Assembly: GCA_964459075.1 (NCBI GenBank)
Contig: CAYWKE010000001.1
Location: forward strand, 4,626 to 68,625
Direction: 5' to 3'
DNA: 64,000 nucleotides
Source of the DNA: an uncultured Candidatus Saccharibacteria bacterium
GTDB taxonomy: Bacteria > Patescibacteriota > Minisyncoccia > Phycocordibacterales > UBA12088
The notes under the pieces were generated by a model. It saw nothing but the letters and a program-made list of their open reading frames with translations, was not told where the DNA came from and did not search any database. The stretch's first letter is position 1; each line of letters begins with the position of its first letter. Position numbers and translations under genes: made by a program. This document shows positions 18,685 to 29,000 of this stretch, one piece after another.

Positions 18685-20571
18685 TTACCAGGAGGATGAT
18701 TCACCGACAATTCCAGTGATGGTGTTCAGGCCCCTATAGGTACCAGCAAACGTCACACTCGAAGGAACGCGGATACCCCAGTACGTGGTTCCTTGCGAGA
18801 ACGTGGAAGTGGCGGTGGTTGAGGCGATGTTCACCTCGATGTCACCAGGCGATGAGGTTGAGAAGAGGGTAGTGCCTGTGCCGGTCAGGTAGTTGATGCC
18901 TGAATCCAGTGAGAACTTCTGGTTGAATACGAAGATGGTCGAAGTCGCAACCGGAATACCGTTCGAACAGTTCGGGTAATCCACACACATGTCAGAACCG
19001 GTGACATCCTGGTCAAGTCCTACATTCCCGGTCGCCTGGAGGACGGAGGTCGCATTGAGGGTGCCGGTATTTGCTCCCGGGGCAACCCCGCCATACGCGA
19101 TCTCAGCGTCGACGACATCGAACTGCAAGAACTGGTTGAGCTGGCGTTCAAATGTTGAGGTGGTTGCGGTTGAGGTCGCACCGTTGTCATCGATCACTTC
19201 GACACTAGCAACCCAATGCTCACCTTGGTAGAAGGATGGCTCTATACCCGTGGTCGGCTGCGCGAGGAACCACAAGGGGAATGTGCACTCTACGATCGCT
19301 GTGGAATCACCTGTACCTTGGCAGGTTCCTGCTTGCTGCGCACATGAGATGTTCCAGACCGCGGTTCCGACATCCTGGGGGTAGCAGAACGCTGGGTCGT
19401 ACTCACTCGCCTCGTCACAGTCACCCGGAAGCACCCCAGAGCGATGTACATTGACGATGTAGTTCGCGACCTCATTCCCATCAGATACGTCGTCGCCGTT
19501 CGTATCGATAGCACAACTATTGTCGTCGTTGACATCGAAGACAAGGTTGATACCTGGCGTTTCACCTGCTTCAACGGTCAAGGTTATATCGGTCGAACTA
19601 CCGAGGTCGATATCAGCCGCGGCAACGGTCGGGGTGGCGTTGAGAATATTGTAGAACGAGCTGTTTGCTGCTCCCGTCACCGCACCGGTTGCCAGAAGAC
19701 CAAACTGGTCGACGATGAATACGTACGCGGGCCGAGAGCCGTCGGGCGCTGGAAACGGTATGGAGGTCGATGCTTGCGGGTTGAGCGAGGTGAGAGTAGA
19801 TGTGCCCAATCCCTCACCTGACTCACAGAACCCATTGGAGGTCACGGTATCGGTCGCGCAGACCAACAGGCGGAATGAGGCAGTTCGCAGGACGTCAACA
19901 GTGTCGCTTGCGGTAGCACTCCACGTCACATCGTCATCCGGTAGTGCGCCTCCCGAGTTACTGATAGCGCCAAAGCTGACCGGGTTGTTCACCACGAACG
20001 GTGACTCCTGGCCGGCACCGGTCGAGGTGCCTGTTGAGTAGTCGCTGTTGCAGGATGGGGTGCCGGAATTGTTGTCACAGATGAATGCGAACCAGTTGTT
20101 CTGCTCGGCTTCTACGGGGGAGCCATTTCCTGCGCCGAGCGCAACACGTGAAGCAACTGCGACCGCACCACTGGAGGCTAGTGCCGAGCGTGCCCAGCGG
20201 TTGCTCGAGCCACCATCACACTCAGGAGGATTTCCTGATGTTATGGTCGGTGTGACGTCATTGGTACACACGATGAGGTAGTAATCCTCAAGGTTGGCAT
20301 CGTTCGCGGTGGCTTCCCAGACAGTTGACGTGCCGACGTTGGTCGGTGTCGTGGTCGCTGAAGCGAACCGTTCACGCCCTCGTACCGCCCAGCTTGGCGG
20401 CGTATTGAGTACCGTCACGCTCGTTGTCGCAGAATCAGCGTGAACTTCAGAGATTGAACCCCCTCGATCTACATTGAACAGGAAGGTGAGTGACGATGCG
20501 GCGACCAATGAGAGAATGGTTGCCAGTGTCACTCGCCCTGCTGTTGCCTGTGCTTTGTGTGCGCTATGCAT
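18685..20571 (-). CDS. Secreted surface protein with 'type A' C-terminal domain (candidate fibre subunit)
   Basis: Signal peptide, no C-terminal TM, Cys pairs. C-terminal region aligns by eye with the giant protein's end (F.A.PT...GEHW...V.D, I.[YF]G, TGN..[LI]D, [YF]WGI.[VI]P...G.NT). Confidence 0.75.
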   Translation of the reverse strand: MHSAHKAQATAGRVTLATILSLVAASSLTFLFNVDRGGSISEVHADSATTSVTVLNTPPSWAVRGRERFASATTTPTNVGTSTVWEATANDANLEDYYLIVCTNDVTPTITSGNPPECDGGSSNRWARSALASSGAVAVASRVALGAGNGSPVEAEQNNWFAFICDNNSGTPSCNSDYSTGTSTGAGQESPFVVNNPVSFGAISNSGGALPDDDVTWSATASDTVDVLRTASFRLLVCATDTVTSNGFCESGEGLGTSTLTSLNPQASTSIPFPAPDGSRPAYVFIVDQFGLLATGAVTGAANSSFYNILNATPTVAAADIDLGSSTDITLTVEAGETPGINLVFDVNDDNSCAIDTNGDDVSDGNEVANYIVNVHRSGVLPGDCDEASEYDPAFCYPQDVGTAVWNISCAQQAGTCQGTGDSTAIVECTFPLWFLAQPTTGIEPSFYQGEHWVASVEVIDDNGATSTATTSTFERQLNQFLQFDVVDAEIAYGGVAPGANTGTLNATSVLQATGNVGLDQDVTGSDMCVDYPNCSNGIPVATSTIFVFNQKFSLDSGINYLTGTGTTLFSTSSPGDIEVNIASTTATSTFSQGTTYWGIRVPSSVTFAGTYRGLNTITGIVGESSSW

Positions 20572-20603
20572 GACCCCAACAAAGTTTTTCTAATACATGT
20601 CCT

Positions 20604-20650
20604 AGTATACGGCGAAACGTGGTACGTGTGCAGGGTCGTTATGTGGAAAA
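20604..20650 (-). promoter_or_regulatory. DnaA-box variant TTTTCCACA, 32-bp spacer, TATACT -10 box
   Basis: Plus strand AGTATA 20604-20609 and TGTGGAAAA 20642-20650. Confidence 0.65.
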
Positions 20651-21859
20651 CTACTTGTAGCGAATGGCGTCGAGTGGGTTGAGTGCAGCAGCGCGGCGCG
20701 CTGGGAAGACCCCGGTCAGGAACCCGACGACCGCCGAGAACGTCAAGATGAAGAGGAGGAACCACAACGGGAAGGCAAAGAGGGCCATGGCCGTACCGCC
20801 GAAGTTGGTTGCAGCAATATTGACAGCTAAGTTGAGACCTTTCCCAATACCCACCCCAATGAGAATACCAACAATACCTCCCATGAAGCCCACGATGATG
20901 GCCTCCGCGATGAAGAGGATCTTGATGTCGTTACTCGAGGCGCCCAGGGTACGCATGATACCGATCTCGCCTGTGCGCTCCAGGAGGGTGACGGTCATGG
21001 TGTTGAACATACCGATCGCCGAGACGGTGAGCGCGATACCGCCAAATACCGCGAGCACCGCCTGGATACCCTGGAAGATGGCGTTCGCCTGCTCGACGGT
21101 CTTGGAGAGCGCGGTCACCGAGAAGCCCCGCGCAACGATGGCATCCGTGACCTGATCGAGAAGCCCTGCCTCAAGGACACGCACCTGGATACGCTCGTAC
21201 GAGGCGATCGGAACGTGCGAGGAGAGCTCGTCGAGGCGAATGAAGCTCGCTATCTGGTTCTCCTCACTCGTCACCCCGAGAACCGTGTAGCTCTTCTTTA
21301 TCTCGACCTCGTCCGTCTCATCCGTGCCCGAGCGCGGCACGAAAACCCGGAACGTCACCCGTCGACCGATGGCATCCTCGGGGTCTTCAATGTCAAAGAG
21401 TTTGAGCATGGCCGCGGTCAGGATGACCCCATTGCGATCCTCAACCGCGCTCTCCTCGTCAAAGAGCCGCCCGGCAGCTTCCTTGGCACCCACGAACCGA
21501 AAGTACGCCGGGTCAAGCCCTTGCAGGAAGGTGTTACCTGTGAGGTCACCCAGGGTGATGAGTGCCGGGAACGATGCCATAGGCGCGACCTGACGCACCT
21601 CGGGAAATGCACTCAGCTCCTGAACCACCTGTGGGTCGAGCACGACCACGCGCGTGGGAGGATTGGTGACGTTGAGCGAGAGGAGCGTGTCCCCCAGGAC
21701 GATCTGCTCCAGGATGATACCCTGCAGACCAAAGCCCAGACCCACGAGGGTCACGACCGCGCCCGTTCCCACACCCATACCAAGGATGGTCAACCAGGTA
21801 CGCGTCGGGTTGGTCTTGAATGCGCGCGTCGATAGTGCTGCGATGTCTCGTACAAGCAT
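20651..21859 (-). CDS. MacB/FtsX-family ABC transporter permease
   Basis: RTWLTILGMGVG, extracellular domain, IGMFNTMTVTLLERTGEIGIMRTLGAS, GVFPARRAAALNPLDAIRY. Confidence 0.93.
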   Translation of the reverse strand: MLVRDIAALSTRAFKTNPTRTWLTILGMGVGTGAVVTLVGLGFGLQGIILEQIVLGDTLLSLNVTNPPTRVVVLDPQVVQELSAFPEVRQVAPMASFPALITLGDLTGNTFLQGLDPAYFRFVGAKEAAGRLFDEESAVEDRNGVILTAAMLKLFDIEDPEDAIGRRVTFRVFVPRSGTDETDEVEIKKSYTVLGVTSEENQIASFIRLDELSSHVPIASYERIQVRVLEAGLLDQVTDAIVARGFSVTALSKTVEQANAIFQGIQAVLAVFGGIALTVSAIGMFNTMTVTLLERTGEIGIMRTLGASSNDIKILFIAEAIIVGFMGGIVGILIGVGIGKGLNLAVNIAATNFGGTAMALFAFPLWFLLFILTFSAVVGFLTGVFPARRAAALNPLDAIRYK

Positions 21860-21865
21860 AGGCGA

Positions 21866-23356
21866 TTACGCTTCATCAGGTACTCCCTTCTTGTGATGCT
21901 TCTTGTGACGCCAGCGCCACAGAGCGCTGTGTGAGGCGAACTCTGCGGCGGCGGCCTCGGCATCGGCCTTCTTCTTCTCTTCATGCTCCAGCTCCGCCTT
22001 CATGATCTCGAGGTTGTGCTTGCGCTTCTCCTGTACCCGTATCTCAGCGACACCCTGGGCGATGAGCTTCTCGAGGTAGAGGGTGACCTCGTGCGTCAGG
22101 TAGATGTCAAGCCCGACACCTCCTTCTTCGGCTGCGAGGTGGAGCTGTCGCTTGAACTCATCTTTGTCGATGTAGCCCCCCACGCGCGACTCGACCGAGA
22201 CCCGGAGGTGCTTGAATTGCTCCTGGGAGAGCTCAGCCCCACGCTCGTGTACGAGGTGTACGGCGATATCGTCCGCAATGTCGAGCTTCTCCATATCGGT
22301 GACCCCGTGCTCTGAGCCGTGTGCCTTCCGGAAGCGAATGATATCCTTACTCTCCCTAAGGATACGCTCGAGACGCTCAGCAAGCTCGTCCGCGTACTCA
22401 GGGCGCAGCCCCACACCCCCTTCTTCCTGCGGCTTCTTGAGAAAGAGCTGGAACGCCTCGTGAGAGAGCTTTCCTTCAATAGCGTACTCGGCGACCTGCT
22501 GGATGCGAGTGATCTGGTCGAAGGAAACCGATTGGGTGAGGTAGTTGAGCAAGCTCTTCACGCGGATCATCGCCGGCGTATCGTAGGGGTAAATACGGGT
22601 TGCTTGCTCCAGCTCGGTCACGATCGAGGTGCCTGGCCGCAATTTGATGACCTGCTCCTTCTCCGGGTTGGCTACAATACGGTCCATACGTCCGTCCTTC
22701 AGGTAAAAGACCCGGTGCGCGTAGGGTAAGTGCTTCGCGTCGTGGGTCACCAGAAGAATGGTCTTGCGGTCCTGTTCGTTGATCGAGTCGAGCGTGTTCA
22801 TAACGGCCTCCGCAGAGACCGAGTCGAGGTTACCGACCGGCTCATCGGCGATGAGGATCTCGGGGTCGGTCACGAGAGAGCGGGCGACCGATACACGCTG
22901 CTGCTGCCCGCCCGAGAGGTTGGTGGGAAGCTTGTGTGCGACGTGCGAGATGTAGAAGCGGTCCAACAGCTCCATCGCTTTGCGCTCGCGCTTAGCTTGC
23001 GGCACGCCAGCAAAGATGAGGGGGAGTGCCACGTTGTCGAGAACCGTCAAGGATGGGATGAGGTTGAACTGCTGGTACATGATGCCCATCGTGTGGCGCT
23101 GGAACTCCACGAGCTCAAAGGGATCGTAGTCGTAGATACTGTCCCCCTTGACGTAGACCTTGCCCCCTGAGGGAGGCAGGACCCCGAAAATAGAGTACAA
23201 GAGGGTCGACTTGCCACACCCCGACGGACCGAAGAAAATGATGTACTCCCGCGCCGCGATCTCCACGTTCATGTTCCTGAGGGCCTTGAACTCGTTGGAC
23301 TTGCCCTTGTTGTAGGTGATCTCGACCTCTTGTGTGTTAATGATCGCTTTTGCCAT
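21866..23356 (-). CDS. ABC transporter ATP-binding protein (LolD/MacB-type) with long C-terminal extension
   Basis: GPSGCGKST, LSGGQQQRV, ILIADEP.GNLD, LVTHD, followed by ~260 extra residues. Confidence 0.93.
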   Translation of the reverse strand: MAKAIINTQEVEITYNKGKSNEFKALRNMNVEIAAREYIIFFGPSGCGKSTLLYSIFGVLPPSGGKVYVKGDSIYDYDPFELVEFQRHTMGIMYQQFNLIPSLTVLDNVALPLIFAGVPQAKRERKAMELLDRFYISHVAHKLPTNLSGGQQQRVSVARSLVTDPEILIADEPVGNLDSVSAEAVMNTLDSINEQDRKTILLVTHDAKHLPYAHRVFYLKDGRMDRIVANPEKEQVIKLRPGTSIVTELEQATRIYPYDTPAMIRVKSLLNYLTQSVSFDQITRIQQVAEYAIEGKLSHEAFQLFLKKPQEEGGVGLRPEYADELAERLERILRESKDIIRFRKAHGSEHGVTDMEKLDIADDIAVHLVHERGAELSQEQFKHLRVSVESRVGGYIDKDEFKRQLHLAAEEGGVGLDIYLTHEVTLYLEKLIAQGVAEIRVQEKRKHNLEIMKAELEHEEKKKADAEAAAAEFASHSALWRWRHKKHHKKGVPDEA

Positions 23357-23364
23357 ATCGTTTT

Positions 23365-23466
23365 AGTATGAGGGTGAAGTATGAGTATGAGTCGTGGTTT
23401 GTGCTACGCACAACACACGTTCACAAGCGAAGCGTCCCACATACTCATACTGCATACCCATACTCA
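23365..23466. repeat. Inverted arrays of AGTATG / CATACT hexamers
   Basis: AGTATGAG at 23365, 23378 and 23384; CATACT-like copies at 23440, 23446, 23453 and 23459. Confidence 0.6.
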
Positions 23467-23468
23467 TA

Positions 23469-24929
23469 TTACCCGCCGATGTTATTGACCCATCCGAACG
23501 CTCCCTCGAAGTTCTCGAGAATGATGTCGATGATGTTCTTCTCTTGCTGTGGAGTGAAGAGGACGAAGTTCTCCGAGCGAGCGGTGTTGTCGGCGAGGTC
23601 AGTACACTCGATCCAAAACTGGTAGACGGTCGCCGGCTGGAACTCGACCACCACCTGCACGTGCTCGGTCGCTGGATCGTCCTTCATGTCAAGCGCGAAG
23701 GGCTCAATGCTCTCCTGAATACCCTGCCGGAAGAACATCTGGCAGAGCGAGAGCTCATCGGTCTCCCAGGTGACGATGGTCTGGATGCGTGCCTCGGCCC
23801 CTGGGAAGAGTGTCGACTCGTTGGTGACCTTGCTGATGAGCGGTGGCTCCTCGTCGATCACGGTCGTGAAGGTAATGGGCTCTGAGAGCGTGGAGTCACC
23901 CTGGTCGTTGGTTGCGCGCACCTGAGCCACGTACGTCGTTCCCAGCGTCAGATCAGAGAGTCGTACCGTGTGCGTCGTCAGCAGCTCGGGACTCCCCTCT
24001 GAGCGCACCTCACCGGTCGCGAGGTTCTCGTGCTCGACCGCACCCGAGGCCGGCAGGTCGGTCGACCACGCCAAGGTCGCTGAGGTCTCCTCGACCTTCA
24101 ACAACTGGATATCGAGGATCTGCGGCAAGCGCGACTTCGTCTCGAAGGTGTTGTCACTCGATACTCCCTCGAGGTCGAACTCATCCACGGACTGAACCTG
24201 GAAGTGGTAGACCGTCGCCGGTGTGAGCCCCGAGAGGCGTACCTCGTGTTCGGTCACCAGCTCATCGGGTATGCCCTGCGTGTCCGAGTAGGACTGATTT
24301 GCTGCGTAGTACGCCTCGCTCGCGTAGGCGACCTGGGAGCCAGCTGCTCGATTGGTGTTCCATGAAATGACCGCAAAGTCCATGCCTACCTCGGCAATGC
24401 GGGCTGCGCCAATGATCGCAGGTGGGCGCAGGATATCCTCCGCTGAGCTCTGTACCTCATCCTGGATGATACGAATGGCGTTGGGATCGGTCACCTGGCT
24501 CACGGCGGAGACCGCCTGGCCAACGAGCGCCTGCTGTTGCTCACTGGAGACGGTCTCGATGTTCTCGATGTTCTCAAACCCTCCCGTGGTAAAGGTGAAG
24601 TCGCCTGAGATGCCTTGGTTGCCAACATCGTCGGTGGCTGTGATACGGAAGTGGTAGGTCGTAGAGGGTTCTAGCGAATCGATGGTGACGGTATGGTCGG
24701 TCACGTTGAGCTGCGGGTTACGCACGATACCGTAGTCGCTGCGCTTGCCGTAGTTGAGCATGCCGATGGCTTCGACGTCGGTCACCCACGTGATCGTGGC
24801 CGCGTTCTCGCTCGTTGAGGCGATCTCAACGCTTGAGATGATGGGGGCCGCAGCACGCACACTACTCCCGCCGAGCGGCAGGATGAGTGAGAGAAGTAGG
24901 ATGACGAGGAACAGATGCATGAGCGACAC
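23469..24929 (-). CDS. Secreted fibronectin type III repeat protein
   Basis: Four repeats of ATITW.TD...H.V.[LI]..L.P.T.Y.F.V...D..GN. Start is GTG 24929 or ATG 24920. Confidence 0.85.
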   Translation of the reverse strand: MSLMHLFLVILLLSLILPLGGSSVRAAAPIISSVEIASTSENAATITWVTDVEAIGMLNYGKRSDYGIVRNPQLNVTDHTVTIDSLEPSTTYHFRITATDDVGNQGISGDFTFTTGGFENIENIETVSSEQQQALVGQAVSAVSQVTDPNAIRIIQDEVQSSAEDILRPPAIIGAARIAEVGMDFAVISWNTNRAAGSQVAYASEAYYAANQSYSDTQGIPDELVTEHEVRLSGLTPATVYHFQVQSVDEFDLEGVSSDNTFETKSRLPQILDIQLLKVEETSATLAWSTDLPASGAVEHENLATGEVRSEGSPELLTTHTVRLSDLTLGTTYVAQVRATNDQGDSTLSEPITFTTVIDEEPPLISKVTNESTLFPGAEARIQTIVTWETDELSLCQMFFRQGIQESIEPFALDMKDDPATEHVQVVVEFQPATVYQFWIECTDLADNTARSENFVLFTPQQEKNIIDIILENFEGAFGWVNNIGG

Positions 24930-24938
24930 TGGTGGGGT

Positions 24939-25280
24939 TCACGGCGAATCGTAGTCAAACACGCGACGCATGTACCACAGCAGGATGAGGAGCACGCCCA
25001 GCAGGATGATACCTATCGTCACCTCGTCGTAGTAGTAGTACGTAGCAGGACGGGTACACGCAAAGTGGTCCGAGAACGTTCCGTCACAGTACCGACCACT
25101 CTTGATCGAGAGCAGTCCACCGACCAGTAGGAGGGACCCTACCATCAGTCGGATGTTCTCCATGAAAATGAGGAGGTCGCGCATCACGCCACGACGCGTC
25201 ATCATGAAGAGGTAGCGAAGGGTGTTCCCCGCGCGTATGCGTCCGTGAGCTGGTTTCCCTGAAGTGTGTTCTGTGGACAT
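24939..25280 (-). CDS. Small two-TM hypothetical protein with a Cys-pair loop
   Basis: Two hydrophobic helices flanking GRYCDG...ACTRPATYYYY. TATACT lies 9 nt upstream. Confidence 0.6.
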   Translation of the reverse strand: MSTEHTSGKPAHGRIRAGNTLRYLFMMTRRGVMRDLLIFMENIRLMVGSLLLVGGLLSIKSGRYCDGTFSDHFACTRPATYYYYDEVTIGIILLGVLLILLWYMRRVFDYDSP

Positions 25281-25328
25281 ACGTTCTCTAGTATACGTCA
25301 TACGAGGATTTGCTGCGCGTGGATTTCC

Positions 25329-26000
25329 TCATCCGAGGGCGAGTGCGATGAATTCTGCCTCGATGCGGTCAATGTCCGCAGTGAGCGCTTCAAGCGTGGC
25401 GTAGTGCTCGGTTAGCGCGTCGAAACGCTCCTCAGCATCCCCTGTTTGCTGGTTGATCTCTCCAATGTGCTCGGAAGTGAGCACGCCCTCCTCCTCGATG
25501 ATGCGAGCGACGATCGCGGCGGTCTGGTCAAAGGTCGCCATGAGCTCGCTCGTGATCGCGGTCACGAGCGATCGACGTTCAGCGAGTGCCGCGAGGAGTT
25601 CATCCGCTTTCGGGCGCAGGGGAGCTGGCAGCTCGCGGGCCCGTGCTTCCATTGCTTCGCGCGCCGCAAGGACCTCGGGAGCGATCTCGGTGATCTGCAT
25701 GAGCGATGCCTCGCGCATCGCAAGGTCAGCTGCGGCACGTTGTGCCCTGTCGAGTCGCTCCGGAGCAGACACTTCCCCCACCAAGAGCACGGTGAGATGC
25801 TCGTGGATACGCGCTCGCACTGCCGTGTCCTCGCTCCCTGGCGCCGTGATCCGTACCAACTCCGTATCTGCCAACGCTCGGTACGCACCGTACGCCTCGA
25901 TGAACGGAAGCGAATCCGCCTGTTCGTATCCCCGCGTCAGGTACCACCCTAGCGGTGCGAGCGTGAGCAGAAGAACGGTTGCGATGAAGAGTGTGCGCAT
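25329..26000 (-). CDS. N-terminally anchored all-helical hypothetical protein
   Basis: Start MRTLFIATVLL immediately after the giant gene's stop; TM followed by A/E/R/L-rich helices. Confidence 0.7.
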   Translation of the reverse strand: MRTLFIATVLLLTLAPLGWYLTRGYEQADSLPFIEAYGAYRALADTELVRITAPGSEDTAVRARIHEHLTVLLVGEVSAPERLDRAQRAAADLAMREASLMQITEIAPEVLAAREAMEARARELPAPLRPKADELLAALAERRSLVTAITSELMATFDQTAAIVARIIEEEGVLTSEHIGEINQQTGDAEERFDALTEHYATLEALTADIDRIEAEFIALALG

Positions 26001-26001
26001 G

Positions 26002-29000
26002 TTAGTCCGAGACGGCAAAGAAGGTGTTAATCCCCTCGTGGGTGACCCCGCTGATCCCCGTGGGTATGGTGATGCCCCAGAAGATGTCATCGATGATGGG
26101 TACGGTCGAGGTGGGTTTCGGCAGGTCGAGCTCGAACTGGTTGGAGGTGGTCGCCAGGAAGTTGCAGATCGCGCACGACGCACTGGTGAAGGTCGAGGTG
26201 GCGTAGCGGATGTTGCTCGCGAGGATCTCGCTGCCTGGCGCGGTGAGATTCGAGCCGGCGAGATCGACATCGATAGCGGTGTTGCCAGTGTTGCGCAAGG
26301 TCGAGGAGGCGACCGAACCAGTGGTCGTCCCGAGGGTGAGCGTACCGAAGTCGATACCCTCCGTCGTCAGCGTGATGCCGAAGGTCGTGTCCAGCTCGGT
26401 CGCCAGCGAGGTGGCGGTCGCGACCTCGCCCGACCGATCCTCGACGATGACGTACGAGAGCCAGTGCTCGCCGGAGAACGCACCAATGTCGGTCGGTTCT
26501 GCAAAGAACTGTACGTCTGCGGTGCAGGTGATGTCACACGAGGTACCTGCACAATCGAGCGCACACGACTCATTTCCGAGGCGGTAGCAGCTGTTATCGT
26601 CTGCGGTACACGCTTCTCCTGAAGGCAAGCCCGAGCGGTAGAGCGTCGAGGTTGCCCCGATGATGTCTCCAGAGCCGTTGAGGTCGGTCACCGTACCGGT
26701 CGCGATGACCGCGGTCGTCGTCCCTTCGGTGAGCGTGATGGGGATTACACCATTGTAGTTCCCCGCAAGCGTCCAGTCGCCCAGTACCGGGATCTGCAGG
26801 ACGCGCACCTCGGGCACGCGCGGGTAGCTGTCTAACTCGAGTCCGCCGTCGGTAGTGCGCAGACAGTACGCGTTCTGGTTGGCATTAGCGGTGAACTCGA
26901 GCGCGTACTCGATCTCGGTGAACTCGTTCGCATCAAGGTCCATCGATGTCGACTGGTTGCTTGAGTCCTCTACAAGGTAGCCCGGCACGAACGTGCCCAT
27001 GAAATCAGTATCGAGGAGCTGTGTGGTCGGATCCTGATCAAAGAACTGAGGCGATGCGACCATACAGATCGGCGAGAGACCACATCCAGCGACCGCAGGC
27101 ACATCATCGTACTCGACCGAGGGTACGGCCTCACACGTGCCGAACGACCCCTTCTCCGCGTACTGGAGTCGGAACTGCTGGCCCGTGATCTGTGCCCCGC
27201 TGTTCTCGACAGAGATACGCAGACGGAAGTTCTGTTCGGCCTGCTGTCGCGCATTGACCGTATCCTGGGCAGCGCTCCAGCTTGCACCATCGTTGACCTG
27301 CTCCGTTCCGGTGATGGTCGTCGGCTCGGTTGCCGAGTAGGGGCGCACCGTCACGAAGTCGAACCCGCCGTTCTGGCCCCAGTGGCTGAAGCCAATACCA
27401 CCCTCGCTGGGTGAACCTGCGCTGTAGGAGAAGGAGGCGATCTCGGTATCGGTCGAGTCACGAACCACCGAGACGTTGAGTGTGTCGTTGAGGAGCCAGT
27501 CGATCTCGATGCGGTACCAATCGGTCGCAAAGCTGACCGAGGTCGAGGCTACGACCGTGCCCGAGTCATCGCTCCAATCGACATCCTGAGCCAGGGTGAC
27601 ACGATCACCATTGAAGAACTGATCAAGACACACGGCGTAGTTGTCGCCAAAGCCCTGAACCGCGAAGAGGAAGCACGGCTCATCGAATTCGGCTGTATCG
27701 ACGTACTGGTAGACGCGCAGCGTCTCTCCTGGACCAAACGCTGAGCCCGCAGCATCCTGGGTGATACCCCCGTTTTCGGTCTGCAGCCCTTCTTGGGTGC
27801 TGGCCGCAGCAAGTCCGTAGGCGCCCTGATAGTTGAAGGACGTGCTCAACCCGAAGCGGGTCTTATCGAGCCCCGAGGAGGGTGCGTACTCGTCGAGATC
27901 GTTGTCCTCGAAATCATCAATGAAACTGAATGTTTCTGAGCTGCTCGCGGCACTGCCGACGCCTGCATTCCCGTAGTACACATATATCGGCGTGGTGCCG
28001 CCTGCAGGAATAGTGGGGAGTGTCACCCACACGACAGCCTCGGCGTCATCAACTTTCGATTCGATGTAGTACGGAATAGAGGTCGTCCCGGTCGAGTCCG
28101 TAAAGCGTAGGTCATCGAAGTCAGGCTGCATCTTCCCTACCCCCGGGACGTGGTCGATCGTGACCTGTATGGGATAGTTTGTCAGTGCGCCACCACTATT
28201 TGAGACCGTGATGCGCTTACGGTATCCCCACGACGGATCGAACCACTCCTCGGCAGGCACCCCTTCCCCATCGTTATCCGCACGGAAGCGGTAGTGCGCC
28301 TGCGATACCTCAAGACACGTACTGTCGGCCCACCGAACCGCACCACACAGATCGGTGTCGTTCAGATCATAGTCTTCCCCAGCGAGCACACCGAACTCGT
28401 TGACGAACGTCCAGAAGTTCGCGGTCGTACCCGAGACCGTCACGTTGGAGCCTGTTGCAACCCCAGTTGAGGTCGAGAAGCCGACCTGTGCGAAGAGCTT
28501 GGTGGGGTTTTGATCGAAGGTGCTTGAGGCGACCGTGAGCATCGTACCTCCGTCAGCACTGAGAATGAACTCACCTTGGGTCAGCTGAGAGACAGTGGGG
28601 GCATCTGTGAAGGTGAGTCCCTGCGCATCGAGACCACTGACCGTAAAGCGCTGCATATTGAAGGTACCTCCCGCGATCTCCCACCCGAAGGCCCCACTGC
28701 CCCCTTGCACGTCGATCGTAGTGGTGGCCACGAAACCACTCGCCCCGATGATGTCGAGGGTGCCACCTGTGAAGAGGAGCTGTGAGCCCGAAGCCACACG
28801 CACATCGACCCCGCGTCGGTTCACCCCCGACAGAGCGGTTCCATCAAAATCGATCGAGTGGCGCCAGTACTCGTTCCCACTCGTCCGTTCATAGGTGCCC
28901 CAGATGTAGAGATCGCCGTCCTGATCGAGGTGATCCTGCGAGTAGAGTGATCCTGTTGTGGCCACATCGTAGACAGTCGCTGACGAGCGCCAGAGCGCAA

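Noticed and set aside
25453-26622. 389-aa plus-strand ORF and many other overlapping ORFs in the track
   Set aside because: Antisense or off-frame shadows of real minus-strand genes, typical of GC-rich DNA, with no recognisable motifs.
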